This document shows positions 1-8,166 of a stretch of 64,000 bases of DNA, piece by piece. Each line of letters starts with the position of its first letter. Positions within the stretch are counted from its first letter, which is position 1. The stretch lies in sequence record MW845759.1, one strand, 5' to 3'. The notes under the pieces were generated by a model. That model ran no database searches and was not told the origin of the DNA. It saw only the letters and a list, made by a program, of their open reading frames with translations. The position numbers were made by a program, and so were the translations under genes.

Positions 1-183
1 GCGATGTTCGGTGCAGTGCGTCCGGGTATGGGGGTACAGTACAACTACGCCAACGACGGTGGGATGTTTACCAAGCACGGAACTATCATCGGGGAGATTC
101 ATCACACCGCTCTTGATGGTGGAGGAACGGCTGGTGAACAGTATGTTTCCAATGCAGAAATCTTGCTCTGGATTGCAGATTAG
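1..183 (+). CDS. 3' end of a gene entering from the left (probable virion structural protein)
   Basis: Frame 1 is open from base 1 to TAG at 181-183 (AMFGAVRPGMGVQYNYANDGG...LLWIAD). Not in the ORF track; protein-like composition. Function is a guess. Confidence 0.5.
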   Translation, partial: AMFGAVRPGMGVQYNYANDGGMFTKHGTIIGEIHHTALDGGGTAGEQYVSNAEILLWIAD

Positions 184-413
184 ATTTTTTACAACAGGCT
201 ACTTAGATATAAGTCAGCCAGGGGATACCTAGGTTTGGGAGGGGGGTTTTTAACGAGTGACGAGCGTAGCGAGACACGACCTCCTTATTCCTAAGTAATC
301 CTGTAAGGGATTACGCTTAAGTAAGCTCTCCCTCCGGGGAGAGTCCTTATTTCTTTTTACGTTATTTTCTAATGGTATGTTACCCAAAACCCATTTAATA
401 AGGAATTATCCGA

Positions 414-1169
414 ATGAGCGTTACTACAGATATCGTTCTCTATAAACTCTCTGCTGACCTCATCAAGAAGATTGATGAATTCGAAAAGGCAACGTTCGGT
501 AAAAACGCCAGCAAGCTCTGGGACCGTATGCTGAAAGTTCTGCCGCAGAATGCCGCGGAGTTAGAGATTCTCGGTGTGCAGGCAACCAACCGTGACAGCA
601 CTATTGTTATCCTGTATAAGGCTGACGGTGTGGAAGGCGGTAAGACCTTGCAAATCGCGGACACGGGTACCGTCGGCAATATGCTGTTCCTGCACGCAGT
701 GGCGTTTGCCCCGGCGTATCAGGCGCTGGGTTCGATCTACGACATCGATTACATCTATCAGCTGGCCAACACCATCTCTGGACGTATCGTGCCGAACGAG
801 TTTGACAGCTATCCGCAGTACGTGAAACGTATTCGCCCAGAAGACTTTGACGACGTTGTGTCGCTGGACGTGTTCCGCTTCGAGCTGATTGGTGAAAACC
901 GCACCGATGACTTCGTGACCTACCTGAAGGCCATTGTGCGCTACCACGCTGAGATGTCAACCGAAGACATGTCGAACAACCACAACGAACTGTACCCGGT
1001 TCTGATGTACGGTAACCGTGTCGCCTTTGCGACCTACATCCCGTTCCCGGCCCGTATCGTGGCACCGTACCACGACAACACCATTCTGCCGGAACCGCTG
1101 GAACTGGGGCTGGTCTTCACCGATGCAGTGAACGCTATCAGCGAACAACGCTACCATCTGCAGCACTAA
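414..1169 (+). CDS. hypothetical protein, 251 aa
   Basis: AAGGA RBS, highly biased codons, followed by a terminator. Confidence 0.85.
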   Translation: MSVTTDIVLYKLSADLIKKIDEFEKATFGKNASKLWDRMLKVLPQNAAELEILGVQATNRDSTIVILYKADGVEGGKTLQIADTGTVGNMLFLHAVAFAPAYQALGSIYDIDYIYQLANTISGRIVPNEFDSYPQYVKRIRPEDFDDVVSLDVFRFELIGENRTDDFVTYLKAIVRYHAEMSTEDMSNNHNELYPVLMYGNRVAFATYIPFPARIVAPYHDNTILPEPLELGLVFTDAVNAISEQRYHLQH

Positions 1170-1179
1170 TAAATAAAAG

Positions 1180-1226
1180 CCGACTACTACCCCTTTTGGG
1201 GTAGTAGCGGTTATTTCCTTTTTTTC
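1180..1226 (+). terminator. intrinsic terminator
   Basis: ctactacccc-tttt-ggggtagtag stem followed by a T-rich tract. Confidence 0.8.
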
Positions 1227-1228
1227 CT

Positions 1229-1265
1229 AACGAAAAATATTTCAGATATATATTACTTTCATGAA
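1229..1265 (+). promoter_or_regulatory. putative early (virion RNAP) promoter
   Basis: aacgaaaaatatttcagatatatattactttcatgaa contains the TATATTAC core known from phiKZ early promoters; near-identical copy at 26827. Confidence 0.75.
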
Positions 1266-1311
1266 CGAGATGCATTATCTCACCTAATCTAAATACTTGT
1301 GGAGCTTTCAA

Positions 1312-1590
1312 ATGACTATTACCCGTACTCTGATTCATGTTGTTGCTGTTCTGGCTGTCGCTGTATTCTTCATCCTGTCTCCATTCGCTGTAATGGATTT
1401 ACTGGGTGGCAATGATAACGCCATCGTTGCAGGCTTAGGCGGTGCACTGTACATCGTTACTGCACTGGGCTTTGTATTCTCAGATTCACTGGAACTGAAC
1501 TTTGGTCCGTTCCGCATGTACCGCAACTTTGTAGATAACAATCGCTACGTAGCTCCAGTCTGGCGTTACGTGTTCTCTAACGAAGACTAA
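1312..1590 (+). CDS. small two-TM membrane protein (early)
   Basis: GGAG RBS before ATG 1312; two hydrophobic segments. Confidence 0.75.
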   Translation: MTITRTLIHVVAVLAVAVFFILSPFAVMDLLGGNDNAIVAGLGGALYIVTALGFVFSDSLELNFGPFRMYRNFVDNNRYVAPVWRYVFSNED

Positions 1591-1630
1591 TACCCTTACT
1601 TAACTAAAACCAACTAAAAGGATTACCGCC

Positions 1631-1804
1631 ATGAAAAATGATAACCTCGATATGCTGCTGAAACTGTCTGGTAAAGAACTCGCTGCTGTGATGGCACAGG
1701 TAAAAGCTGAGAAAGCAGCAGGCCAACGTCTTCCGGCGGTAAGTCCAGTGAAAGCATACCTCTCAACTGACTTCCGTCCTAACCGCATTCTGAATAAGGC
1801 ATAA
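1631..1804 (+). CDS. small hypothetical protein, 57 aa (not in ORF track)
   Basis: AAGGA RBS; MKNDNLDMLLKLSGKELAAV...RILNKA*; fills the gap between neighbours. Confidence 0.65.
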   Translation: MKNDNLDMLLKLSGKELAAVMAQVKAEKAAGQRLPAVSPVKAYLSTDFRPNRILNKA

Positions 1805-1808
1805 TCAC

Positions 1809-2258
1809 ATGTACTTCTTAAACGACAAAGGTGCAGCTCGCCTCGCTGAGCTGAAAGTAGGTGCAGGCGTTGAGCTGACTCTGCAGGCCGGCAAACAGAT
1901 TATCGACCGTGGCGGTAATCTGGTACGCAAGTTTAAACTGACTAACCACGGAAAAGTACATCACGTCGAATTGGCTATGGACGAGTACAGTCTGGTACAC
2001 CCAGCGGAAGTCCAACCCATTGTACTCGATGAAGAAGAGCCACTGGTGTTCGAGAAGATGAACAACTGTACCCGGGGTGCCCGCTACAAAGTAGAGCTGT
2101 GTCGTGACGGCGGTCGGGCCTACGTCAAAGTGAAAACACTCTCTGGTGTGAACCCGTCTGACTTCAGCTTTGCTATTAATCACATCATCCAAGACTTGCT
2201 GACCAATGCCAGTCAGAACCTGCGGATGAAAATTACCACCCTCCCTCAAATTCAGTAA
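1809..2258 (+). CDS. hypothetical protein, 149 aa
   Basis: ORF in early operon orientation. Confidence 0.75.
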   Translation: MYFLNDKGAARLAELKVGAGVELTLQAGKQIIDRGGNLVRKFKLTNHGKVHHVELAMDEYSLVHPAEVQPIVLDEEEPLVFEKMNNCTRGARYKVELCRDGGRAYVKVKTLSGVNPSDFSFAINHIIQDLLTNASQNLRMKITTLPQIQ

Positions 2259-2271
2259 TAAGGATATTCCC

Positions 2272-2409
2272 ATGAAAGCATACTTCAATACCCGTGTTCT
2301 GACTGTACTGGTTGTCGCGACGCTGTTCGGCACTTTAGGTGCAAGCGTTGTTCACGGTTATGAGCAGTGCCGTGCAAACGGTCACAGCAGCATGACCTGT
2401 AATAAGTAA
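2272..2409 (+). CDS. small membrane-anchored or secreted peptide, 45 aa (not in ORF track)
   Basis: TAAGGA RBS; MKAYFNTRVLTVLVVATLFGTLGASVVHGYEQCRANGHSSMTCNK*. Confidence 0.65.
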   Translation: MKAYFNTRVLTVLVVATLFGTLGASVVHGYEQCRANGHSSMTCNK

Positions 2410-2473
2410 TCGCTGTTGCAGTACCTGTAGTAAACCTTCTAACAAAACCCATTGAAAATACTTGGAGCTAATC

Positions 2474-2914
2474 ATGAACGCAATCAACACCCTGAAACCA
2501 TCCACTATCTCTACCGAAGTTAAAGCATTCGTTCGTAACCACCCTGTCGCACTGCTGTGCTTAACCAATTTCATCTACAGTGGCCGGGACTTAAAAGACC
2601 TGACCGTTGAAGAACTGCAGCGTGTTCACGACGAATCCCTTGAGAAAGGTAAATCGTTTGTACTGGAAGTGCCTGACGCTGACCAGCCGCAGGAAGTCTT
2701 AAACGCGTACTACCACAACGCCATCGCCAAAGAACTGATGTCGGCTGAAACCAACGAACCGCTGGTAGCCGAATCCGTATCGGGCATGATTGACGAACTG
2801 GTGGAGCGTGTGAAGAACAGTCCACGCGTTGGGCAGTATTATGCCATCCTCGAAAAGTCTGACCCTAATCAGGCCCAGTTCTTCGATGACATGAAAGCGT
2901 TGATTCAAGAGTAA
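2474..2914 (+). CDS. hypothetical protein
   Basis: tggagctaatcATG start; terminator downstream. Confidence 0.8.
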   Translation: MNAINTLKPSTISTEVKAFVRNHPVALLCLTNFIYSGRDLKDLTVEELQRVHDESLEKGKSFVLEVPDADQPQEVLNAYYHNAIAKELMSAETNEPLVAESVSGMIDELVERVKNSPRVGQYYAILEKSDPNQAQFFDDMKALIQE

Positions 2915-2922
2915 TACCAAAC

Positions 2923-2957
2923 GGGGAACTTCGGTTCCCCATTCACTTTATTTTTTC
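2923..2957 (+). terminator. intrinsic terminator (UUCG loop)
   Basis: ggggaac-ttcg-gttcccc plus T tract. Confidence 0.8.
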
Positions 2958-2972
2958 CTGAGGAGTAATCTA

Positions 2973-3551
2973 ATGACTGTTGACTTTGGCCGCCAGAATA
3001 AAATCCCTGTTATCAACGCAAAGGGCGTGGCAGCACATCCATACGCACCGCTCGAAGTGGGGATGCTCGTACACCAGCGTAGTCGGGGTCTGATGTCCCA
3101 GCCGGAAGAGAATCGTAAAGCCGCATTTGTGTTCAACTGGGAACGTGCGTTTTTCTTCATTCATCTTGAAGAAGACATGATTGATTGGGTCAACCATTCG
3201 CCGTGGTTGACCAAACCTATCTTGATGTTCCAGATGTCTGCACCCGATTTCGGCCAACCGTTGTTTTATAACGCGATGCCGGGTGTACCGATTCAACACA
3301 CGATTCGTCGTTGTGAGGGGTATGCGGGTATGGTTTATACGCTGGAAGATTTTGGCGACATCCAAGCTAACTTCCGCGAAAGCCTCACCATGAGCCGCGC
3401 TAATTTCCTTAACAAGCTTAAGGAAAACATTCCCGACTTCCAGTTCCCAAGCGAGAACTACGTCAGTCCAACCACGTGGCGTGAATCTTCCCACCATATC
3501 GTCGACATCGACGGTTACGTGGTGTCTATCACTCACCGCGGAAAGCCATAG
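2973..3551 (+). CDS. hypothetical protein, 192 aa
   Basis: GAGGAG RBS. Confidence 0.8.
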   Translation: MTVDFGRQNKIPVINAKGVAAHPYAPLEVGMLVHQRSRGLMSQPEENRKAAFVFNWERAFFFIHLEEDMIDWVNHSPWLTKPILMFQMSAPDFGQPLFYNAMPGVPIQHTIRRCEGYAGMVYTLEDFGDIQANFRESLTMSRANFLNKLKENIPDFQFPSENYVSPTTWRESSHHIVDIDGYVVSITHRGKP

Positions 3552-3564
3552 ACATAAAAGCCTA

Positions 3565-3620
3565 CCCCTCTACCCATCGGGTAGAGGGGCTATAAACCTG
3601 AGCGGTTTATTTTTTTTTTG
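3565..3620. terminator. terminator between convergent genes
   Basis: cccctctaccc-atc-gggtagagggg hairpin with a downstream T run. Confidence 0.7.
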
Positions 3621-3621
3621 T

Positions 3622-5163
3622 TTAGAACAGGTCGCCGGACATGCCGCCGGTGAATTTATTAATGGAGTTCGCAGTAACTTCGAATTCTTTATCTACATCC
3701 CATGGTAGGATGCAATGGTCTTCAAACGGAATAACCGTGTAGTGGTGTTTTTCTGGCGTGTCGATAATTGTACGGTGCTTACCACGCTGCACTTCTAAAT
3801 AACTGCGCCCTTCAATCACACGCTTGTTGAAGAACATCTCGCCGTCGGCTTCGTTATCCAGAGAGGAGCAGGTGTCGTATAAGCCACGTCCCGGTAACGA
3901 TTTAACGAAAGCCGATTCATCAATCGCTTTCAGGCGTTTACCTTCCGGGCTAATCTGGTGCGGGCCTAACAGGAACCCACGGTTGCGCACTACCTGAATG
4001 TTACGGGCAATACGGTAAATCTCTTTAATGTCGGAACCGGCAATCCCGTTCCCGTGACCGGCTTTGTTGATGGTACCAAAGTAGTCAGCACGAATCCCCA
4101 CGACATGATAGCCACGACGTTTGGCATCGCTGATAAGGTCGTTGAGGTAATGCACTTTAAAATCGGAGTTAGTATGTTTCTGGAACTCATAGTTCCAACC
4201 GTTACGGTTCAGTTTCGAACACACGTAATCGGCCATAACCGAAACATCCTGATTGACCATGTCGGCTTTGGTGCCCTCGAAGTGGCCGTACAGCATCTGG
4301 TATGCGGTCGCGATGTTGATATCGAGTTCGTTCTCCAGAGACAGGTCAAGTATCATCGGCTGCAAATCACCTTTGATATCTTTCATCACGTACTCCGGTG
4401 TGTTGAACACCGGAACCGAAATAGCCATACACAAACTGAACAGTGATTTACAGTTGAACGGCAGAGCCGGCATCAGCCACATCTCTTCGGTAATCCCGCC
4501 GTTGCAACCCATCATGCGGTTCATGGACTGCCAGCCAGTACGTAAACCGTGTCCGGCAGCTTTATCTTTGATAGAACTGAACACCTTCGCAAACGGGGCG
4601 GCGTTCGCGGTGTTCAAAGTGTTAACCAAAGATGGAATCTTATTATGACTACGTTCAGTGAACGTAGAGATGGAATCACGAAGGTTCCCTAATGCGGTGC
4701 TGAGGTCAATACGGGTCTCCGTACCGTTCAGCGCACCAAAGGCTTGGCCCAGTGTCTTACGTAACGTAACGGCATTGAGCGCCTGACGCAATTGGAAGTA
4801 ATGGCGTGATACCATCTTATTGAGGTACGCTACGCGCTCCTCAGGCTTTGTGTCATCCGGTACTTCATCGCCTGCGATAAATTCTACTACGGTATCGTAT
4901 AGGGGGCGATTCTGCGTTGTTGCCAATTTCAATTGGCGCATAGCGGCATCGTGGTCGTATGGAACCTGCCCATCAATAATGGGTTCGATGATAGCTTTGA
5001 TTTCGGTGAGGGCGAGACGTTCGTCATCCTCATCGACATAATCCGGAAGACGAGATTCCGCTAATACCTTTCTTATGACCTCATGATCTGTTTGAGGCTC
5101 GGATAAAAGGCTTTCCGCGTGCAAAGTGGCTAGTGCGGTAATCAACATCGTCTTAATATTCAT
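3622..5163 (-). CDS. dnaB: DnaB-like replicative helicase (phiKZ gp118-like)
   Basis: GLRTGWQSMNRMMG motif, variant Walker A (ALPFNCKS), DYFG, HQIS and QRGKHR motifs; position upstream of the capsid gene as in phiKZ-like phages. Confidence 0.8.
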   Translation of the reverse strand: MNIKTMLITALATLHAESLLSEPQTDHEVIRKVLAESRLPDYVDEDDERLALTEIKAIIEPIIDGQVPYDHDAAMRQLKLATTQNRPLYDTVVEFIAGDEVPDDTKPEERVAYLNKMVSRHYFQLRQALNAVTLRKTLGQAFGALNGTETRIDLSTALGNLRDSISTFTERSHNKIPSLVNTLNTANAAPFAKVFSSIKDKAAGHGLRTGWQSMNRMMGCNGGITEEMWLMPALPFNCKSLFSLCMAISVPVFNTPEYVMKDIKGDLQPMILDLSLENELDINIATAYQMLYGHFEGTKADMVNQDVSVMADYVCSKLNRNGWNYEFQKHTNSDFKVHYLNDLISDAKRRGYHVVGIRADYFGTINKAGHGNGIAGSDIKEIYRIARNIQVVRNRGFLLGPHQISPEGKRLKAIDESAFVKSLPGRGLYDTCSSLDNEADGEMFFNKRVIEGRSYLEVQRGKHRTIIDTPEKHHYTVIPFEDHCILPWDVDKEFEVTANSINKFTGGMSGDLF

Positions 5164-5174
5164 GGAGCAACCTT

Positions 5175-5717
5175 ATGCTAATTCGTTTTAGTCCGCCGTG
5201 GGAAGATGGTCCTGACATAGATAAAGGTGCTAGTGTAAAAAAGTTAGCAGACCTGCAGGCACATTTCTTTAACTGGCTCTATGATTGCCCGCAAGGCTTC
5301 AGCTCGAAGACCCTGCCCGAGCAGTCCCCTCTTTATCTGTTTGACATCGTCATGGCACGTCCTGACTGTCCGAACAGTTATTATGACTACGTACTCAACA
5401 TAGTTGAACGTGGCGATAAAGTGACTCTGCCTGATTTATATGGGATAGAGTTTCCTGAAAGTCGACTCCGTTGGAAGTTTAAACTCCAGGACGACAAAAC
5501 GGTTGTGGCAACATTGGTTAGCGAGTCAAGCCCATCATGTGGGTTTGAAGCCACTGACGAATGTACTGCAAAAAAGATGTTCTGCGCAGAACTTTTTAAA
5601 TTCATGCGTCCGAAGACTCGCGTCGTCGACGACACGTACAGCACTTCTACGCAATTCGCGCAAAACGAAGTGTTAACGGCGTTATACGCATGTCATCTCA
5701 CTGAAAGGGTATCTTAA
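5175..5717 (+). CDS. hypothetical protein, 180 aa
   Basis: GGAG RBS; ends 1 nt before the capsid gene start. Confidence 0.75.
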   Translation: MLIRFSPPWEDGPDIDKGASVKKLADLQAHFFNWLYDCPQGFSSKTLPEQSPLYLFDIVMARPDCPNSYYDYVLNIVERGDKVTLPDLYGIEFPESRLRWKFKLQDDKTVVATLVSESSPSCGFEATDECTAKKMFCAELFKFMRPKTRVVDDTYSTSTQFAQNEVLTALYACHLTERVS

Positions 5718-5718
5718 G

Positions 5719-7974
5719 ATGAAAGAAAGTCGTATCATTAAACTGGAGTCGCTGATTGACGTTGGCCAAAAAATGGTTGACAACGCTAAACTCAGCGGTA
5801 ACTCCGAGCAACTGTGGAAAACCATGGTCGGGCGCGAGTCTATCAAAGGTAGTCGTGATCTGATGCGTTCTCAGTCTGAGAATGCCGTTGCTGGTTATCA
5901 GGAAGTTACTTCCAACAAACTGGGTGTAGCTGCACAGCGCGCTTCCAACATGATCCTGGCCGCGGCCCACAACCCGCTGGCGTTTGTGACCACTGTGGCG
6001 CAAGAATCCCTGAAGTCTGATTACGACAAGTATCAGTCTGCTTCCTTCGCCGGTGCAACCGACGTGGACTACGGCAAAAACTTCGTTGGTGCCGAATACT
6101 ACTCCGACAAAGACCTGGACAAAAACCTGGGCCTGAGCTGGACTCTGAACGTACGTGCTCTGGAAACTCAGTCTCGCTTTGCCGAAACTCTGTATCCGAC
6201 CATCACCGTTGACAGCAACGACGTTGGTATCACGATCCGTACTAAAATCACCACCGTTACCCGCGGCGTGATGAACGCACTGCTGGCGAAAGACAGCGTT
6301 GAAGATAACCGCCGTCCGCTGCACGATGCGCTGACCGACCACCGTGTTCTGCAGGATGATGCAATCCGCATCGTTCCGTACATCATGGAAGACGGTAAAA
6401 ACTCTGAATTCTTCGTTGATCCAGCGATCATCGAAAACACCACTGTGCAGCTGGGCCGTGTGCCGGCGTACCCAACTAACTACCTGAACTTCGAGCAAAC
6501 CCAGCTGAACCTGTTCCGCCTGGCCGCTCACCCGGGTATCGTTAGCGAAGGCTACGACGAAACCGATGAAATCGCACCGGGCGCCGCGCTGGGTGAGATT
6601 CTGCTGTCCGTGCGTAAGAAAGGCGAAGCCCTGGCTGACGGCGCGCTGTTCAAAATCAACACCCGCGACATGCAATACTCTACTTTCCAGCGTCCTGCTG
6701 AAGGTGGTGGTCGTGAGCTGCTGCTGAACTTCCGCGCAACTGTGTTTACCATCAACGGTAAATCCAAAGACTGGAAAGGCAACGAAATGCCTGCCCTGGA
6801 CGCGCTGAAAGCGAACGGCTATAGCCTGCGCTTCGTGATTTCTGTGAACATGAGCATGCACACCACTGGCGATCGCTCTGGCTTCGTAGACATCACCGGT
6901 AAGTCTCTGCGTATCGACTCCGTGGTAACTGCTGACGGTACTAAACTGCCGATCAACGAAGGCTCCGTGAAAACCATCCTGGAAAACATCCAGCTGGAAC
7001 TCTACGGCTGGCGCTTCGATGGTACTCGTACCAACGAAAACCGTCGTACTCAGGGCCTGATGCTTGACCCGATCTGGGAACAGGAAAACTACAAACTGCA
7101 ATACGGTTCTCCGCTGCTGACCAAATCTCCGATTGGTGGCGAGTACGACGATGCAGAGCGTCTGGACGACCTGATCTCCGCGGTTAACATCCGTAACGAA
7201 TCCCTGGCCGTTAGCCAGACTCTGAACTACACCGAACAGCTGCGCGAAGTTGTTGCTGCTAAAGTTACGGCGTACGACAAAGCTGCTATCCGTGGTCTGG
7301 GCCGTCACTGGGTGTCTGCATGGTTCGAAGAGCTGGAATTCGATGTGTCTAAACACATCCAGACCTCCGATACCAAAGATGCGCTGGTCAACGCCCGTCA
7401 GGGTCTGCTGAACCGTCTGGGTGATCAGGTTACCCGTGCAATTCAGGAATCTCGCTACATGCCGGCACTGCGCCTGCTGACTGCGAACCCTGACGCACGT
7501 CCGGTAGTTGTGATTGCAACTGACGAACCAACCGCGTCTATGCTGCTCCTGCAGCAGGGTGAAACCCGTATTCTGGGTGACCGTTACCAGTACGAAGTCG
7601 TTACCACTAACGATGACCGCTGGCGTGTGAAAGACACGGATTACAACTCTGTAGTTCGTCGTCTGCAATGGGTGCTGCGTGTTGACCAGGAGAACGATGG
7701 TTCTTACTGCGTCCTGAACTGGGGTAACCACTTCTGGTCTCCGGTGATGGTAACCAACATCAACATCCAGCGTAACGGTGGTGTGTCTAAAGAGCTGGCC
7801 GTTCAGCCTCGTAACGCACACATCAACCACTGTCCGGTAGCCGGCGTAATCCTGATCAAAGGTATCACCGAGTTCGTTGCGAAGAAACTGGCTTACTATG
7901 TCGAGCTGGCTAACGCACCGACCGACGACACCAATCTGGGTCCGGTTGACGGCTCTGCTGGTACTGGCTCCTAA
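5719..7974 (+). CDS. major capsid protein (phiKZ gp120-like)
   Basis: 751 aa with extreme high-expression codon bias; Q..FAETLYPTI, PRN.HI..CP and propeptide AQE-S motifs; synteny with DnaB and the RNAP subunit. Confidence 0.85.
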   Translation: MKESRIIKLESLIDVGQKMVDNAKLSGNSEQLWKTMVGRESIKGSRDLMRSQSENAVAGYQEVTSNKLGVAAQRASNMILAAAHNPLAFVTTVAQESLKSDYDKYQSASFAGATDVDYGKNFVGAEYYSDKDLDKNLGLSWTLNVRALETQSRFAETLYPTITVDSNDVGITIRTKITTVTRGVMNALLAKDSVEDNRRPLHDALTDHRVLQDDAIRIVPYIMEDGKNSEFFVDPAIIENTTVQLGRVPAYPTNYLNFEQTQLNLFRLAAHPGIVSEGYDETDEIAPGAALGEILLSVRKKGEALADGALFKINTRDMQYSTFQRPAEGGGRELLLNFRATVFTINGKSKDWKGNEMPALDALKANGYSLRFVISVNMSMHTTGDRSGFVDITGKSLRIDSVVTADGTKLPINEGSVKTILENIQLELYGWRFDGTRTNENRRTQGLMLDPIWEQENYKLQYGSPLLTKSPIGGEYDDAERLDDLISAVNIRNESLAVSQTLNYTEQLREVVAAKVTAYDKAAIRGLGRHWVSAWFEELEFDVSKHIQTSDTKDALVNARQGLLNRLGDQVTRAIQESRYMPALRLLTANPDARPVVVIATDEPTASMLLLQQGETRILGDRYQYEVVTTNDDRWRVKDTDYNSVVRRLQWVLRVDQENDGSYCVLNWGNHFWSPVMVTNINIQRNGGVSKELAVQPRNAHINHCPVAGVILIKGITEFVAKKLAYYVELANAPTDDTNLGPVDGSAGTGS

Positions 7975-8030
7975 GCATTTATGCTGACAAGCTGGTAAAA
8001 AATACGTCAAGGATCTGATGTATGATATTC

Positions 8031-8068
8031 GGGAGTCCCTTCGGGGACTCCTGTTTATTTTTATTTTT
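8031..8068 (+). terminator. intrinsic terminator after capsid gene (UUCG loop)
   Basis: ggagtccc-ttcg-gggactcc plus T tract. Confidence 0.85.
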
Positions 8069-8108
8069 TACGTGTGAAGTATGTCTTATGCAAGAGAGGA
8101 CGTAGTGT

Positions 8109-8140
8109 AAAAAAACATAGACATATGTTATTTTCGTGAC
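8109..8140 (+). promoter_or_regulatory. degenerate early-type promoter
   Basis: aaaaaaacatagacatatgttattttcgtgac aligns with the cagatatatattac motif. Confidence 0.4.
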
Positions 8141-8166
8141 ATCCTGCAATAAAAGAGGTCAACGTT

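Noticed and set aside
11-232. 73-aa ORF in the track
   Set aside because: Frame 1 (1-183) gives a more protein-like C-terminus ending at a clean stop; this ORF runs into the non-coding hairpin region
5100-5163. LHAE-S near the DnaB N-terminus as a head-protease site implying packaged helicase
   Set aside because: A single short motif, expected by chance, with no acidic propeptide
5698-8010. 770-aa antisense ORF spanning the capsid gene
   Set aside because: It is an in-register shadow of a gene with extreme codon bias, which removes antisense stops. It has no RBS and no recognisable motifs.
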